NCBI GenBank assembly: GCA_964016885.1
Contig: OZ024751.1
Location: forward strand, 23,002,001-23,066,000
Reading direction: 5' to 3'
Length of the DNA: 64,000 bases
Origin: Eledone cirrhosa
Taxonomy: Eukaryota
Made by a program: the position numbers and the translations under genes
In this document: positions 29,997-50,744 of the stretch, one piece after another
Numbering within the stretch: the first letter of the stretch is position 1
Layout: every line of letters begins with the position of its first letter
Notes under the pieces: generated by a model
Database searches by the model: none
Seen by the model: only the letters and a program-made list of their open reading frames with translations
What the model was told of the DNA's origin: nothing

Positions 29997-32900
29997 GCGC
30001 AAATGCACATAGACACACACGCGGCCTCTGTAGATAGAAGGTATATTTTCAACTGAGGTCCCTTGTTTTTCCTTGTAATATGTATGTGTGTAGCGTGTAT
30101 TTGTATATATGTGTGTGTGTGTGTGTGTGTGTATCCAAGTCTGTCCCTGTCTGTGTTGTTATGTTGATTATGTTATCTGTCAGGATGTGTGGCATACAAT
30201 TGTGAAGGTGGGTAGCTTAGTTGTTAAGGTATTCGACTCATCATTGTAAAGTCGTGAGTTCGATTCTTTGACTCTTCAAGACTCTTTATTTCTCCAGTCA
30301 ACTCAACTAACAAAAACGAATTGTACTTGTAATTCAAAGAGTCAGCTTTAGCACACACTGTATAACGCTGGATCTCCCTGAGAACTACTTTAAAAGTACT
30401 TGCTTTCGTGGAATGCTCAGCCAACACGCACGCGCACACACACACACATACACAGCCGTCACATAACGTGGCAAAAAATAAATAAAATAAAAATATGCCT
30501 GAAAAAATATTCAAGGGAGATAAGAACGTTTTAGTTTATTCACATTTCTTGTTATGTCCCTTGAACACAAACATAAATACGTCGCTAAAATGTTTTTTAT
30601 TACGATCATTTATAAATTATCGCTGCGAGAAACTCAAATCCATATTTCTTAATAAACACATTGGAACATAACTTGACTATTTGACTTATATTCTCAATTG
30701 TATAATTCTGTTATAATACTAGCATAATTAGTATAGAGAATGATGTGTTTATACGCGAAGATACTATAAAATAGGGTAACGACACTTAAAAGCCAGGAAA
30801 AGATGTCATCAGCCGTTATGAGGAATTGAACTCCATACCTCCGGGATATCGGCTAGGCCCTTTAGCCCATTAAGCCAAGGGACCGTGACAGTTCTTACCG
30901 GTTTAAATTAGAGAGCTGAATAACAGCTTTTCAATGTCAACAAACATCGCTCATATGTGGCCGATCACGTGGACTTTAACAAAGTTAATAGCATAGTTGT
31001 TTGTCCTTTTACGGCTTATATATTTGCACGATCGAAAGTACAGAATTATTTGCGTTTTCTATGTTGTGTCCTTATTGAATGACGACCTAAGTGATTAGAA
31101 CATCTATATATGTAATTGTATTCTGAGATCTATTCCGTCGAGGCTAGCTTTGTTTTTCATATTTACAGGGTCGTTAACATATAATACCAGTAACGAACTA
31201 GGGTCACATTAATCGATTACCCCCCATGTTTTCCTTATGCCTAAATCAGAAACCATTATTCAGACCCGCGTATGATGCGGGCACATGGGAGAGAGAGGAA
31301 GAGGGGAACCAGGGAGATAACTCTTACATCTTAGTCTATAGCAGTAGTCTCACTTGCTTTACTTAAAATTTCTAGTACGATATCGTTACATGTTCACCGA
31401 TGCCTCGTGAGTGAATTTTAGTAGGCAGGAATTATGCAGACGCTTGCCAAGACTACATATGATTAAACATTCATATATTTCCGTCACTAATTTTCTCCTA
31501 ATGCAGTTTATATATTTTATAAAAAATGATTATAATTGCTCTTAAATCAACAGGCAAGTACTTAAAATGCCAACCGTTATGTCATACGTGTTAATCAGTA
31601 ACGTAGTCCAAGATACATTAAAAAAGACGATATGATAACAAACTTTCCAGTTGTTGTCTTCCTGTTTCTTCCACAACAACTACAATGGTTCATTTATATA
31701 TATGAAAAATCGGTATTTCTGTTGTTACATGTGGCGCGGTAAATAAATATATACATATATACCAGGTCCGAAAACAAAGGAACCAAACTCCCAGCCTCCG
31801 TCTCTCCCGCTCTTCCCATGTCTCACTATCATGAGCAAATGGAGACTCACAAGCTAGCCGCCTCGTGGTCCTGGCGGACAGAATAGAGAAGACGTTTCCT
31901 CGGAAGATGGTAAGGGAGACGCGCTGAAAGAGCCGAGCGCGCGGGGCTTACACCAGCGGGTAGCCAACTTTGTGCCGATGGTGGTGAGTAGGGCGGTGGC
32001 CCTAGGGCCTAGGGTACCAGAAGTTTCCAGAGTTTCCGTTTATGGCCCATAATAGAGATCGAAAAGTTTGAAACGTGTATAAGATATAAATATATTGATG
32101 TGTTAATGTTAGAGTGTCTGTGTGTGAATGAATATAGGTAAGTATGTAATAAGTATAACAGTGGAACATGAAACACGTATAAGGTTTAATTTATATATCG
32201 CTATTTTCGTTCTGTTCATTTCAATGCCGTGTGTCACAGTGGTCAATAGCTACAACATAGACACAGTAAACTCTTGTTCTGTGTTCTTACGCATACTTTT
32301 CGCTCTCTCTCTTTGTTCTTACGCCTACTCTTCCTTTTTTTTTTTCTTCTTTCGCTTACTGTTCCCTCTCAAAGTGTCAAATTTCCGAGGTCACCTCGCC
32401 TCCATCTGTATTTACACTCCTGCCGACACTTGTTGGGTCTCCACAATAATCTAACAGTTGTGAAGTCTAGACTAGACAGCTGAGCTCCTGCCGATTCATC
32501 AGCTAGTTCCATATACATATTGCGCGGTTAAGGTCTTATAAAATTAATTCAAGAAAAGGTGGGCGAAAACAACGGACGAAACACAGGACAGTCCCTTCTC
32601 AACTGTCGTCCTCTGGAGGTTCTTGTGATTTCAGTGTTTATAGTTACATGTAAAGAATATAATTGAATAAATGATAATTTCTAATTTGGACAAAAAGCCT
32701 GCAAATTTGGGGAAATGGTAAAGTTGATTAAATCGACCTCAGTACTTGACTGGTACTTTATTTTATCGGTCTCGGTAGGGTGAAAGGCAAAGTTGACATC
32801 GGTGGGATTTGAATTAAATGTGAAGAAACTTCTATTGCAGTAATCTCAGATGCATTGCGGGAATTCATCATAGCGACTCAGCATTGTTGAATAAATAATC

Positions 32901-34169
32901 CTCATAATTTTCTGCGAGACGTTGTTTTGTTTTTGTTTTGTATTTTACTATAATACCTATCACGCTTTGGAGTGAAAATTTGTTTTTCTTGTTTTATGGG
33001 TTTTGAACGAAACGAACTTTCAAAATCGTGGGAAACTGGAGTTCTCAGGTTTGGGAGTGAAATTTGTTTTACCCCTAGTAAACAAAACGAACAATTCTCG
33101 GTTTTGAAGACAATATTCGTTCAAAACAACAACAAAAAACAAATGAAAGATAAATTTCACTTCCAAAGTAAGACGGAAGAGGGGCTTAATTGTAAAAAAA
33201 CTGCCAAAACTAATATCTTATTCACACACAATATTTTAATGAAAATATTTGTTAAATATTCATGTAAATAACGAGATATTGAAGTCAACGTGTCTTCTAA
33301 GGGAGGTGGACAAAGGGAGACAATTACATAGTTCTAAATGTTTTCGTTACCATATTTCTTATAGTCAGTCATTCGTTAACATATATCTTTACGACACACT
33401 GCCTTTAGTTTCTAAATCATTTTTAAAATAAGAAAAAAATGAGAAATTCAATATAACTTTCTTAATTGGTGTTTATAGCATAATTTAACCCTTTCATTAC
33501 CTTATTTTTAATGAAAGGTACAGCCTGTAATTTCCAAATAATTTTGAAAATAAAAGATTTGGAGGGATTTAGTAATATAACTAACTTTCCCATAATAAAG
33601 GGGATGATTCGTTAGAGCTGAGCTGGGTCTAAACATCAATAAGTATAAGACCCAAAATAACCACACACAAAGGCACATGTAAAATAACTAGGGAATGTTA
33701 GCCCTTTCATTACCATATTTCTAATAAAAGAACCGTTTATCATTTTTAAATCATTTTGAAAGTAATCAAAAATTTGGCAGGATCTAATAGAATATAAACC
33801 TGCTCATCATTAAGATGTTTAAAATATATAACTTAATAAGGGTTGTTTTCTAAAAGCATGGAAGGTTTGTAAATAAATATAAACACTTTACAATAAATAG
33901 TTTTGTACCAGAGGACCAGGAGCAGTTTTAGGCTGAAAAAGTTAATATTTATATTCATCATCGACGTAACAAAGCAAACTTCTTAAACCACTTAGTCATT
34001 GCTGCATCCACATTATTATAAAAATAATAAAAGTACAAAGACGAATTATATTTTATAAAGCAACAGAAATTTAATGTACAGTATATAAAAGTGAAAGACA
34101 AGTACAGATTTGGTTAAGGCACATTAACTGTCTATTGGCAGTTTTAAAATTCCTGTGTGTGTGTGTGTA

Positions 34170-34215
<46 letters not shown>

Positions 34216-35489
34216 CGTGGTTGGTGAGAGAAAGGGCATCCAGCTGTAGAAACCAAGCCAAAATATAGATCTGTATGAGCAAGACATGGTCTCTGTCATG
34301 TTATGGGACCAGTCAGGTCCAATCTGTCTAACCTATGCAAGCATGGAAAATGAACATTAAATAATGATGATGATGATATATATAACGAAAGATTAAACAA
34401 GGATTATTATTTTAGAGTTTTATTATTAAGTGAAGGCACATAGCTTAGTGGTTAGGAAGTTGGATTCACAATCATGAGGTTGTGAGTTTGATTCCTAGGC
34501 CTGGTGATGTGTTGTGTCCTTGAGCAAGAAATTATTTTATGTTACTCCTGGGAGTTGTGACCATTAGATAATATCAGCAATTGAAAAGACCACTGGAAAC
34601 ATTGTTCCCTTTGTCCGATCTGACAAGTTCCACCGAACTCAGTGAGCAAATGAGGTCTGTGCTCTTGTCAATTCAGATAAATTATTATAGCATTTAATGG
34701 ATTTACGAGTCTCATTAGACTAACAAGAATATTCCATTCCTGTAAGAATAACACCTCAGAACCAAACAAACACAAATAAATACCTTATATGTTTTAAAAT
34801 TCCTGTGAGAAAAGAGCAAAAAATGTAAACAATAGCATTCCTATATTGTAGGGAAAACGTTAAAATTTATGGAAGCCTAAAGGCGATCGATTCTGCAGAG
34901 TTATTATTGTCAGTCTAACATAAGTCATAAATTTAGTAAATGTTATAACAATCAGCTTTGTTTAATCTTTCACTTTATATATACTCTGTGAGATCATAAC
35001 TCTGTGATTAGAATTTACCCATTGGATAAAACTCTGAACTTTTTATTACCTATCTTGCTGTGGACAATAAAATCACATTGAGCTTTAAAAAATGTTCTTT
35101 GCCTTTATACAGTTGTATTAACTCATTTATATAAAAATATATATATATAATGTCGTTACTGTTGGGCCTCCCTCATGTCCGATGAAGAATGCTATAGTTG
35201 TCAATCAATGGAACTGCCTACTCGTGATAATAACATGTAAGTGGCTGAGCATTCCACAGATGTGTTCCCACTTGATGTAGTTTTCAGGGAGATTCATAAA
35301 AACGCTGTGTACCAAGGTTGGTCCTTTAAATTACAGGTACAACTTCAGCTCATTTTTGCCAAATATGTTGACTGGAGCAACCTGTAATGCTAAAAGACAC
35401 ACCATCCAGTCTGGGAATTGAACTCATGAGCTTACAATCATGAGGCCCAGCACCTTAATATATATATATATATATATATATTATACAGG

Positions 35490-35800
35490 GATATCTGTAT
35501 AAACTTGACAGGAAGAGTTACACTTGGATTCAAGAGCAGATGGGAGTAATGGAGACCATCAAGAAGGGCAAACATGTCTCTTGTCTCAGAGACAACAGTT
35601 GGACTATTAGAGCAACAGGATGGGCACCAAAGCAGTGGAGAAGAACTGGAGGGCAGCCAAAGGCAAAATAACACAACAATCTGACCCAATACCTTGGCTC
35701 CACATGACCCAATATGGCCAGAGATAGAAACCAATACTTCAGCTCCACATGACCCAATATGGCCAGAGATAGAAAGCAAAGAAAGTCAACCACAGAGAGT
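35490..35800 (+). mobile_element. Degenerate RTE-like LINE 3' fragment
   Basis: Translates to ...HVSCLRDNSWTIRATGWAPKQWRRTGGQPK...NMARDR, with a tandem duplication of the terminal ~48 bp. Confidence 0.55.
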
Positions 35801-36164
35801 TTCCTCCAACATGAGAAGGCTTTGGATTTTGAGATTTTGGGATCTGTATAAACTCAACAGTGGGTATTAAATCTTGTGTAAATATATTTATAATGAAAAA
35901 ACTTGCCAATTATTTTCAATAAATTTTTAAAATAATAAAAAACTTGGAGAGATTCAGTAAATAAAAAATTTTAAATATAAATATAATCCGTTCATGACCT
36001 TATTTTGTTATATTGTTTTTATCTGTGTATGTTTTTGTTTTTTTTAATATATGTTAGGTTTTCAAATGTTTCTTTAGTTTGTTTTTGTTATTGTTTGTTC
36101 CTTTTTTTTTTTGCCTTGTTCTGGAAGATACTCAATATGAAATAGAAACAAATAGTGTTGACAG

Positions 36165-36431
36165 ATACTTTGGGAGGGTCATGCTGCCAATAGAAACACA
36201 TGTATCAGTTGAATTCCACTTTAGTTTTATTATTAGTTGAGTAACTGAGCCATTCATTGGTTAGTTTAGTAACCGGATGGTTGTTTAAATGTCATGTTAA
36301 TTGCCGAAAATCTTTTGTCACACCTAATGTGACCTCCTCAATGACTAATATTTTTACTTACTGTGTTGTCTGTTCTATTTTACTCCTCCATCTTGATGGA
36401 AAAGCATGACCCTCTCAAAGTATAACAATAT
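36165..36431. mobile_element. Diverged copy of the same terminal-inverted-repeat family
   Basis: atactttgggagggtcatgc ... gcatgaccctctcaaagtat termini; internal gtcaca..tgtgac hairpin remnant. Confidence 0.55.
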
Positions 36432-36439
36432 CTTAAATA

Positions 36440-37230
36440 ATTGTTTCTATTTTAGGAACAAAGCCAGCAATTTAGAGGTGAGTGGAAGTCAATTGTGTGG
36501 ATTCCAATAATTGACTGGTATTTTACTTTATTTTGTAGACCCTAGAAGATGAAAGGCAAAGTTGACTTTGGTGAGATCCAAATAATTATAATAATGGTTT
36601 CTACTTTTGGCACAAGGCCAGCAATTACCCAGTACATAACTGGTACTTTATTTTATCGACCCCGTAAGGATGAAAGGCAAAGTTAACCTCGACGGGATTT
36701 GAACTCAGACCGTAAAGGGACGTAACTATGCTGGAAAGCATGGCGTCCGACTCTCTACCGATACTGCCAATCCACCGCCCTTATATAATTATAATAATGG
36801 TTTCTGATTCAGTCTTACTTATGCAAGCAGAGAAAATAGACATTAAATAGTGATGATGATGCACAAGTTTAACAATTTAGGAAAAGGGGAGTTGATTAAA
36901 TAAACACCAGTATTTGACTGGTACTTTATTTTCTCGACCCACAGAAAGATGAAAAACAAAGTTAACCTCGGTGAGATCCAAATAATGGTTTCTGATTTAA
37001 GCACAAGGCCAAACAATTTTGGAGAAAGAGAAAAGTCAATTAAATTGATCCCAGTACATTACTGGCACTTTACTCTATCGACCCCGTAAGGATGAAAGGC
37101 AAATAACAACAATAAATATAAGTGTTTCTAATTAAGGCAATTTGGAGAGCGGGATAAATTATATTGACCCCACCAGCTCATGACTGGTACTGTATTTAAT
37201 CAGCACCAGAAGGATGAAGTGCAAGTTGAA
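36440..37230 (-). mobile_element. Cluster of family A SINEs and fragments (young copy ~36595-36780)
   Basis: Repeated ctggtactttattttatcgacccc..aggatgaaaggcaaag cores; ataattataataatggtttct is duplicated around the young copy. Confidence 0.8.
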
Positions 37231-37349
37231 CTGGAAGAAATATCATCATCATCAAATACAGCAAAGCATTTTGTACAGAAACTTCATTTTGCTAGTTCTG
37301 TAAGAAAGGTTGGTTCACTAAGTTCCCTGGTCCCTTGTTGTTGTTGGAA

Positions 37350-37672
37350 GGTAGAGGCTACCACAGGTAATCTGGAAGATAGGGGGTTTACTACTGGTGA
37401 ATTAAGAGGTGATTTTTTTTGGGGGGTAGGGGTTACCGGAGGTGATTTGGGAGGTAAGGAATACTACAGATAATTTGTAGGTGGTAGTTACCACAGGTAA
37501 TTAGGTGTATAGAGGTTACCACTGATAATTTGGGAAACAGGGACTACTACAGCTAATTTGGGAGGTAAAGAATACCAGAGCTAATCTTGAAAGTAGGGGC
37601 TATCACATGTGATTTGAGAGGTAGGGGGTATCACAGGTAATTTGGGAGGTTGGGAATACCACTGGTGATTTG
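37350..37672. repeat. Degenerate ~29-bp minisatellite downstream of the CCDC28 stop codon
   Basis: Recurrent gggaggtaggggttaccacaggtaattt. Confidence 0.75.
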
Positions 37673-37758
37673 GCTTTTGATTCCAACCCTAGTTGTTTAA
37701 GGGAGGACAAACTAGCGGCAGGTGTAACATGGTTGCTAGTGCAGTCCTCCTTCGTTGC

Positions 37759-44262
<6,504 letters not shown>

Positions 44263-45380
44263 TTTCGAGATCTCTTTGAGAAGTAAAAACAAAATTAAAA
44301 AAAAAAAAAAAAAAGAAAATGATTAGCTCTATAAGTATTTTTGTGAGCCTTAACCCTTTAGTATTTACATTACTCTATATTTACTATTGTATTTTAATGG
44401 TAAAGGCTTTATCGCACATAATTATCTCACATAATATTGAATCTATGAGATTTTGATATTATTTATTTTAAGAACAATACTTTAAGGGTGTATTTAAAGT
44501 TAAAGTCTGTTCTAAGCTGAAGGTTTACCAGGTCGGTACTTATCACCAGTTTCCTTGGTGTTAAGCAACTAAGAGTACAAGACTCTCCCTAGACATGATG
44601 CCAGTTTATCACAGGTTTAACTCCGCAGCTACTGCTGGTACTCAATCATCTCAGCTGAGTGTACTGGAGCAACATGAAATAAAGTGTTTTGCTCAAGAAC
44701 ACAACACAGGAATCCTAGCCATTAGGCCATGCGCCTTCACACATAGTGTGTATTTGAGTCCATGAAATCCCATACGTGGTTAGAGAATGTGGCGGTGATG
44801 TACTTTCTACTTGAATAGTCATAAAGAAATGTTCTTAGGGTAAGTAGGAAGATTGATGATGTTTATTTATTGTATGACTTTGTTGGTTTGTTTTGTTTTG
44901 TTTTGTTTTTTCATAGAGAGTAGGTGTTAAGATTACAGATAGTAAGAGTTGTTAAGATTGAGGGTGATATTCAAGACGTCTAGTCTTGTGGTTTTATACT
45001 CACTTTGCTATTGAAGCCAAGTTATTTTTGGAGTGATGTAAGATCCTTCCTGATATTTCAGCTGCCCTGGAGTTTGTGTTTTTTTTGTTTTTTTCAGGAT
45101 CAGTAGTCCATTATTTCTGTAGAGACTTCCATCAACGTTTTGGAATCTGGAATGTATTTTGTGGAATATAATTAATTTTTAGTACATGACCAACCCTAAA
45201 TCTTTTTTTAATTTAAAAAACAAAATATTTGTGATCCAAATTAGTTTCATTTACTGTTTTCTGTGGAAAGGGATTAGATACATATTCACCAGATTCATTT
45301 CACATGTGTCACTCATATATATGTATATGGAAAAGGTTTCCTGAACACACAAGCTGAAACCAATTGGTGCTGAGGTCAGG

Positions 45381-45456
<76 letters not shown>

Positions 45457-45753
45457 TAGAAAGACCCAGGGCCCAATGATTGAGCTCTTGCCGTTTTGAC
45501 AGCTAATTCCGAACAGAAATTCCAAGTCTGGAATTAGCTGTCGAAACAACAATAGCTTAGCCATCAAGCCCCAACTCTGTCTAATATAGTTACACTCTAC
45601 TTTCCCAAGTATTGAGTACTCTGTTGAATAATGGTCTAACTAGTTTAATCCTTATATATACATATATACACTCTGCTATGTATTGAGTACCTTACTTACT
45701 GTGGTTACCCCCGATTCAACCCGGAATAACTTATATATATATATATATATATA

Positions 45754-45901
45754 CTGTATTTCCTGGCATTGGAGACGCTAGTCTCAAAACTCTACCATGC
45801 GTCCTGGAGGCCAAAGGTTTATTATATTTTCTCAAATTTTTGGTTGTCAAAATTAGGGTGCATCCTCAAGGACGAAGCGTCTGCGGCGCCGGGAAATACA
45901 G
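45754..45901. mobile_element. Tc1/mariner-superfamily MITE
   Basis: TA|ctgtatttcctggc ... gccgggaaatacag|TA: TIRs with TA flanks. Confidence 0.7.
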
Positions 45902-45924
45902 TATATATCATCATCATCATCATT

Positions 45925-46250
45925 TCATTTTACGTCCACTTTTCCCTGCTTGCAAGGGTGGGACGGGAACTGATTCTGGCTTGATTTCTACAGCTGGATG
46001 CCCTTCCTAACACCAACCTCATTTACAGAGAGTGCTGGGCGCTTTTTTGCCGTGGCACCTCCACGACCATTTTGTAGTGGAATGATAGGAACCCCAGTCC
46101 CTATCATCTCATTTCTACAGCTGAGTAAACTGGAGCAATGTGAAATAAAGTGTCTTGCTCAAGGAAACAACACATCACCCGGTCTGAGAATTGAACTCAC
46201 AATCTTTCGATTGCAAGGCCAATGCTCTAACCACTAAGCCATATGCCTCC
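45925..46250 (-). mobile_element. tRNA-derived SINE, family B
   Basis: Near-identical reverse complement of 43708-44030. Confidence 0.85.
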
Positions 46251-46602
46251 ATATATATTTGGTATAAAGGAAAGTTGTAGTTGCAGTAAAGCACATACCA
46301 ATCAAATTGTTTTTCGTATATAATAAACACTAAGTTAATAAAGGGTGACATCATGAATAAAACGACCAGGTGCATATGTGACCAGAGTGTATAGCCACAA
46401 CAACTATAAATACAAACAGGTAGAAGTCTAATATATATGAGTGTGTGTGTATACACACACACTCATATATATATATATGTAGGTGAGTAATATTGTAGAA
46501 CAATAAAACTATGTATATATCAGATACGTAGCACTCAACAGTTGGTAAAACTGGAGTATATATAATAAAGAGGAATTAAAAGATGGTTAAAAGGGTTCCA
46601 TA

Positions 46603-46672
46603 TATTTTATTATGCTCATTTCAAATACAAAATCATCCTGGGACAAAAATTGTGTTCTCATCAGATAAAATA
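46603..46672 (-). ncRNA. Hammerhead-like motif in a dispersed repeat
   Basis: UAUUUUAU-CUGAUGA-(GAACACAA...UUGUAUUU stem II)-GAAA-UGAGCA-UA^AUAAAAUA; 8-bp stem I. Confidence 0.55.
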
Positions 46673-47231
46673 AGGTAACATGATAAGAGGCATAATAGCA
46701 CTTGTTTACAGGAAAGTGCTAAGTCTACATATATATATTTAGTCGATCTTTTGGGCTTTTACGAAACACTGAAGAGATAAAGTTAATATAAAGAGTGTTG
46801 TGCTTATGCACGGAGATAATATAAAATAGGGTAAAGACCCTTATAGACAGAAAAAGAAGTTGCTATCAGCTATGAAGTTCAATTCCTGGCAGCAGACAAT
46901 GCTAGCTTCTTTTTCCGTCTATAAGGGTTTTCGCCCTATTTCATATGGTATTTTAAAGTATCCCTGCGCATGAGCACACCACTCTATTTATTTATATTTA
47001 TATATATATATATATAGGAAAAAGTATGATCCCGAAGGCAGAGCTCAAGCTGTTTCGATGGCTATTTCTGGACTAAGAAATAGCCGTCGAAACGGCTTGA
47101 GCTCTGCCGTCGGGGTCATACTTTTTCCTATTACCCACTCTACTACCCTAAGTATTGAGTACTCTGGTGCGTTATGGTCCATTTGGTTCCTTACCACAAC
47201 TCTTTCGTTATATATATATATAAATATATAT

Positions 47232-48673
47232 ATTCTCGTGTAGCACCCATCCACCATCCACCATCTGAGTGAGTTTCTTGGTCAGTGTCCAAGTCTCAGA
47301 CCCGTACAACAGCACAGATTCTACTACAGCAATGAAGAGGCGGATTTTCAGGTCTTTACGAAGGTCCGACTTCCACACCGATCTCAAGCTGTGGCACACT
47401 GCCCAGAACTTGCTCTTCCTCTTAACCACATCATCTTCCATATTCACAATCTTTGCTCCCAAATACAGGAAGTCCTCAACCAATTCTAGCGGCTTCCCAC
47501 CTACATTAGTCATCCCCTCTGGCTTCTTAACATTCTCTACCAGATATTTTGTTTTAGTCCAATTCATTCTCAGCCCGACACTCAACGACACAGTCTCAAC
47601 CTCCTGCATCAAATCCTCTACCTCCTTCACTGTATTTGTCACCAAAACTATGTCATCGGCAAATTCAGCATCCGATATCTTTTTCGCCTTAACTCTCCTG
47701 CTCTGAGCCGGTGTTACAGTAAAGCCAGAGTCCCGGCCCGGTGTTTCTCCAGTGCAAGGCACATACAATAGTCCACTACGATGATAAAAAGGTAGGGAGC
47801 CAATGTATCTCCCTGGAGCACTCCAGCCAGTATCTCAAAGAACTCTGTCATCCCATCAGGTGTAATGACTTGGGCTTTGGTGTTGGTTTAGAGCAGTGAT
47901 ATCAGGTTCACTATCTTCTTGGGGATTCCATAAGCCTGTAAGATCTTCATCAGGCAGTGACGGTCCACAGAATTAAAGGCCTTCCTAAAGTCAATGAAAA
48001 CCATGACCGCAGGAAGGCACTTTGCTCTAGCTCCCTCTAATATCCTCCTCAGCATCAGGATGTGACTGGTGGTTGATCTTCCCTCTCTGAAGCCGTCCTA
48101 GTTGTCCCTGAGCTTCTTCTCCATCTCTGGCTGTATCCTGTTAAGAATCATCCTGTTGAGGGTCTTTGCCACAAGTGACGTCAGTGAGATCCCCCCCTGT
48201 AGTTGTTGGTATTAGAGAGATCTCCCTTCTTTGGCACTTGGATAATGTTACTGATCCTCCACTGATTCGGGGCAACTCCTTTCTCCAGTGCCTGGTTACA
48301 GAACCCCAGGATGATATCATCAAAATCACACTTCTTCATCACCTGAGGATGGCTCTGAACATTAATCAATGCTGAGGATGGTTCTGAACACTGAGGATGA
48401 AAATCTCAGAGCTGTATGGGAGCCTCCCAAAAGTCAGCTCAAAAGTGACACAGAGGTGACTGAGGTTAGCTGGACATGCTCACCAACATCCAGAGTTGAC
48501 ATTGCACTCAGTGCTTCCTGGAAGAGGAAGACCAAGGTTAACGTATGTTGATGCCCTAAGGACAGACACTGGTCTGTTGGAGACACAGGACATGGCAGCG
48601 ATAATGATGGACAAAGACCGCTGGAGAGAACTCGTCCATGGATCTCGGGAATTTTACTCGCCCTAGAAAAAAA
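47232..48673. mobile_element. RTE-clade LINE, degenerate, with inverted 5' part (RT on - strand 47232-~48345; 3' tail on + strand ~48343-48673)
   Basis: The minus strand carries RT motifs DFRKAFNSVD, GVLQGDTLAPYLFIIVVD, EFADDIVL, DFLYLG and SVLLYGSETW. The plus strand continues LRMALN...LAGH...GRPRLTYVD...DRWRE and ends in an A-run. Frameshifts and stops are present. Confidence 0.9.
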
Positions 48674-49415
48674 TATATATATATATATAAGGCTTAGTGG
48701 TTAGAGTGACAGGCTTAAAATCATGAGGTTGTTAGTTTGATTCTCGGACTGGCCTTTGTGTTTGTTGGGTTATTGAGCAAGACACTTTGTTTCACATTGC
48801 TCCAGTTCACTCAGCTGTAAACATTGCAACATCACTGGTGTCAAGTTGTATTGGCCTTTGCTTTTCCCTTAAACAAGATTGGTGGTGTGGAGAAGGGAGA
48901 CTGGTATGCATGGATGACTGCTGGTCTTCCACAACCAACCTTGCCCGGAGGGAACTTTCTAAGTACAAATCCTATGGTTATTCGTGACCAAAGGGGGTCT
49001 TTAACTTATATTATTCATTTAATTAAGGCTAATTGGTGAGTCTTATTACTCTGGAGTTTCCACTATTTAGCCTTAATCAAATGAATATTTAAACTCTACT
49101 TCGGTAATGAGTGCTCTTTTCTCTTGGCCGTCAACTACATTCAGATATATAGATATATATACTCTTTTACCTGTTCCAGCCATCCGGCTGAGGCCATGCT
49201 GGGGCACGGAGATCAAATTTAATATAGAAATATCTTCTACGAGACTAAAACTGTTTCATTCGAAGGAAATCCTCAGGAAAGTGCTTGAATGAAACAGTTC
49301 TAGTTCTGTAGAAGCCATTTCTATATTAATTTTATTGTTTACACTCTACAAATGTATTGAGTACCTTACTTACAATGGTTACCCGCGATTGAACCTGGGA
49401 CTCACATAATCTCTC

Positions 49416-49459
<44 letters not shown>

Positions 49460-49633
49460 TTTATAATTTCGTAATAAATATCCAAGTAGTAGGAGCACTC
49501 AACCAGGGGAACGAGTTGTGTCACATAAAATATTTTATCATAACAATATTAATACATTACACTAACAAAAATATGGAACGCTTCACGAATCGTCGAGAAG
49601 CGTTCCATATTTTTTTCGGACAATGTGGGGGCT

Positions 49634-49672
<39 letters not shown>

Positions 49673-50166
49673 CAGAAGGGATATTTAATTTGTTGGAAAT
49701 TCAACAAATATAAATGTTTATAACTGATTCAGAGAAACTCGACAGCCTTCTGGAGTAAATATTCAATGATATTAAATAAATATAATTTCCATTTATTTAA
49801 TATCATTGTATATATATATATACGCATACACACACACTAACTCACACGCCGACAAGAGGACCCTAACAATATAACTACAGTTTAGTGTTTCCACACTAAT
49901 ATTTTTCCTCGTAACTTTCTTAATGTTCCATAGTTTGTTTTTTTTTTCAATAAAATTTTGAAGAAATATTTGCCGAGATGGAAATGACGATTTATTTCTT
50001 CTTTTAGGGAAGCCAACACACTCACAACAATGCTGTGGTCATAGTGGGGCGAAGGCGCTGAGGTAACCAAGCACCAAAGTACTGGAATTAATGATACATG
50101 TATGAACCCACATGTTGAGTGTTAGAAGTAGCATTCAAATAACAATATATATATATATAGGGTGTC

Positions 50167-50429
50167 CAGAGTAGGATTTACGTATAAGCTAAACAAGCTA
50201 TAGCTTAGGGCCCCCACTTCCTTGGGGCCCCGAAAAAATTGAAAAAAAAAAACGGTGTGTACATTTCCAAAATATAAGATAAAAGAGAACTAAAATAATG
50301 CAATAGTTTTAAAAAGTTTTCTGCTTTAATATTGAACGTTTTGCAGTTTTTATAACATTTTTTGTAACATATAAAGGGCCCCATTATCTTAAATAGCTTA
50401 GGGCCTCATCAAATCTAAATCCGGCCCTG
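50167..50429. mobile_element. hAT-like MITE with an 8-bp target-site duplication, nested in a Tc1-like MITE
   Basis: AGGGTGTC is duplicated at 50159-50166 and 50430-50437; the ends are cagagtaggattta / taaatccggccctg. Confidence 0.75.
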
Positions 50430-50709
50430 AGGGTGTCCCAAAACATGTATACACAAAGACTGTGCATTCTAATAAATATTGACTGTATAGGTAATCAAAG
50501 TATGTATGCATTTTGTTTTGTACACCCTGTGTATATATAGCCAGGTGATGCTATTAAGTTAGACATGGCCTGGGCCAATACTGGCCGAAAGCCATCAAAG
50601 TTATATATGTGTGTTAAGTGTGAACTAAGAGAAAAATCTTCATTGTTCTTCGTCTGTTGTGTTTTTTCTGTTTATTTTTCACACACATACAGTACAACGA
50701 AGGAAAAGA

Positions 50710-50744
<35 letters not shown>

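Noticed and set aside
30810-30885. tRNA gene on the - strand
   Set aside because: It has A/B-box-like motifs, but the acceptor, anticodon and T stems do not pair, so it is more likely a degenerate SINE head. The same applies to the other SINE heads in the window.
31880-31955. RNase MRP/P RNA (GCGGGGCTTA resembles CR-V)
   Set aside because: No upstream GAAAGUCCCC-type CR-I is present to form the P4 helix.
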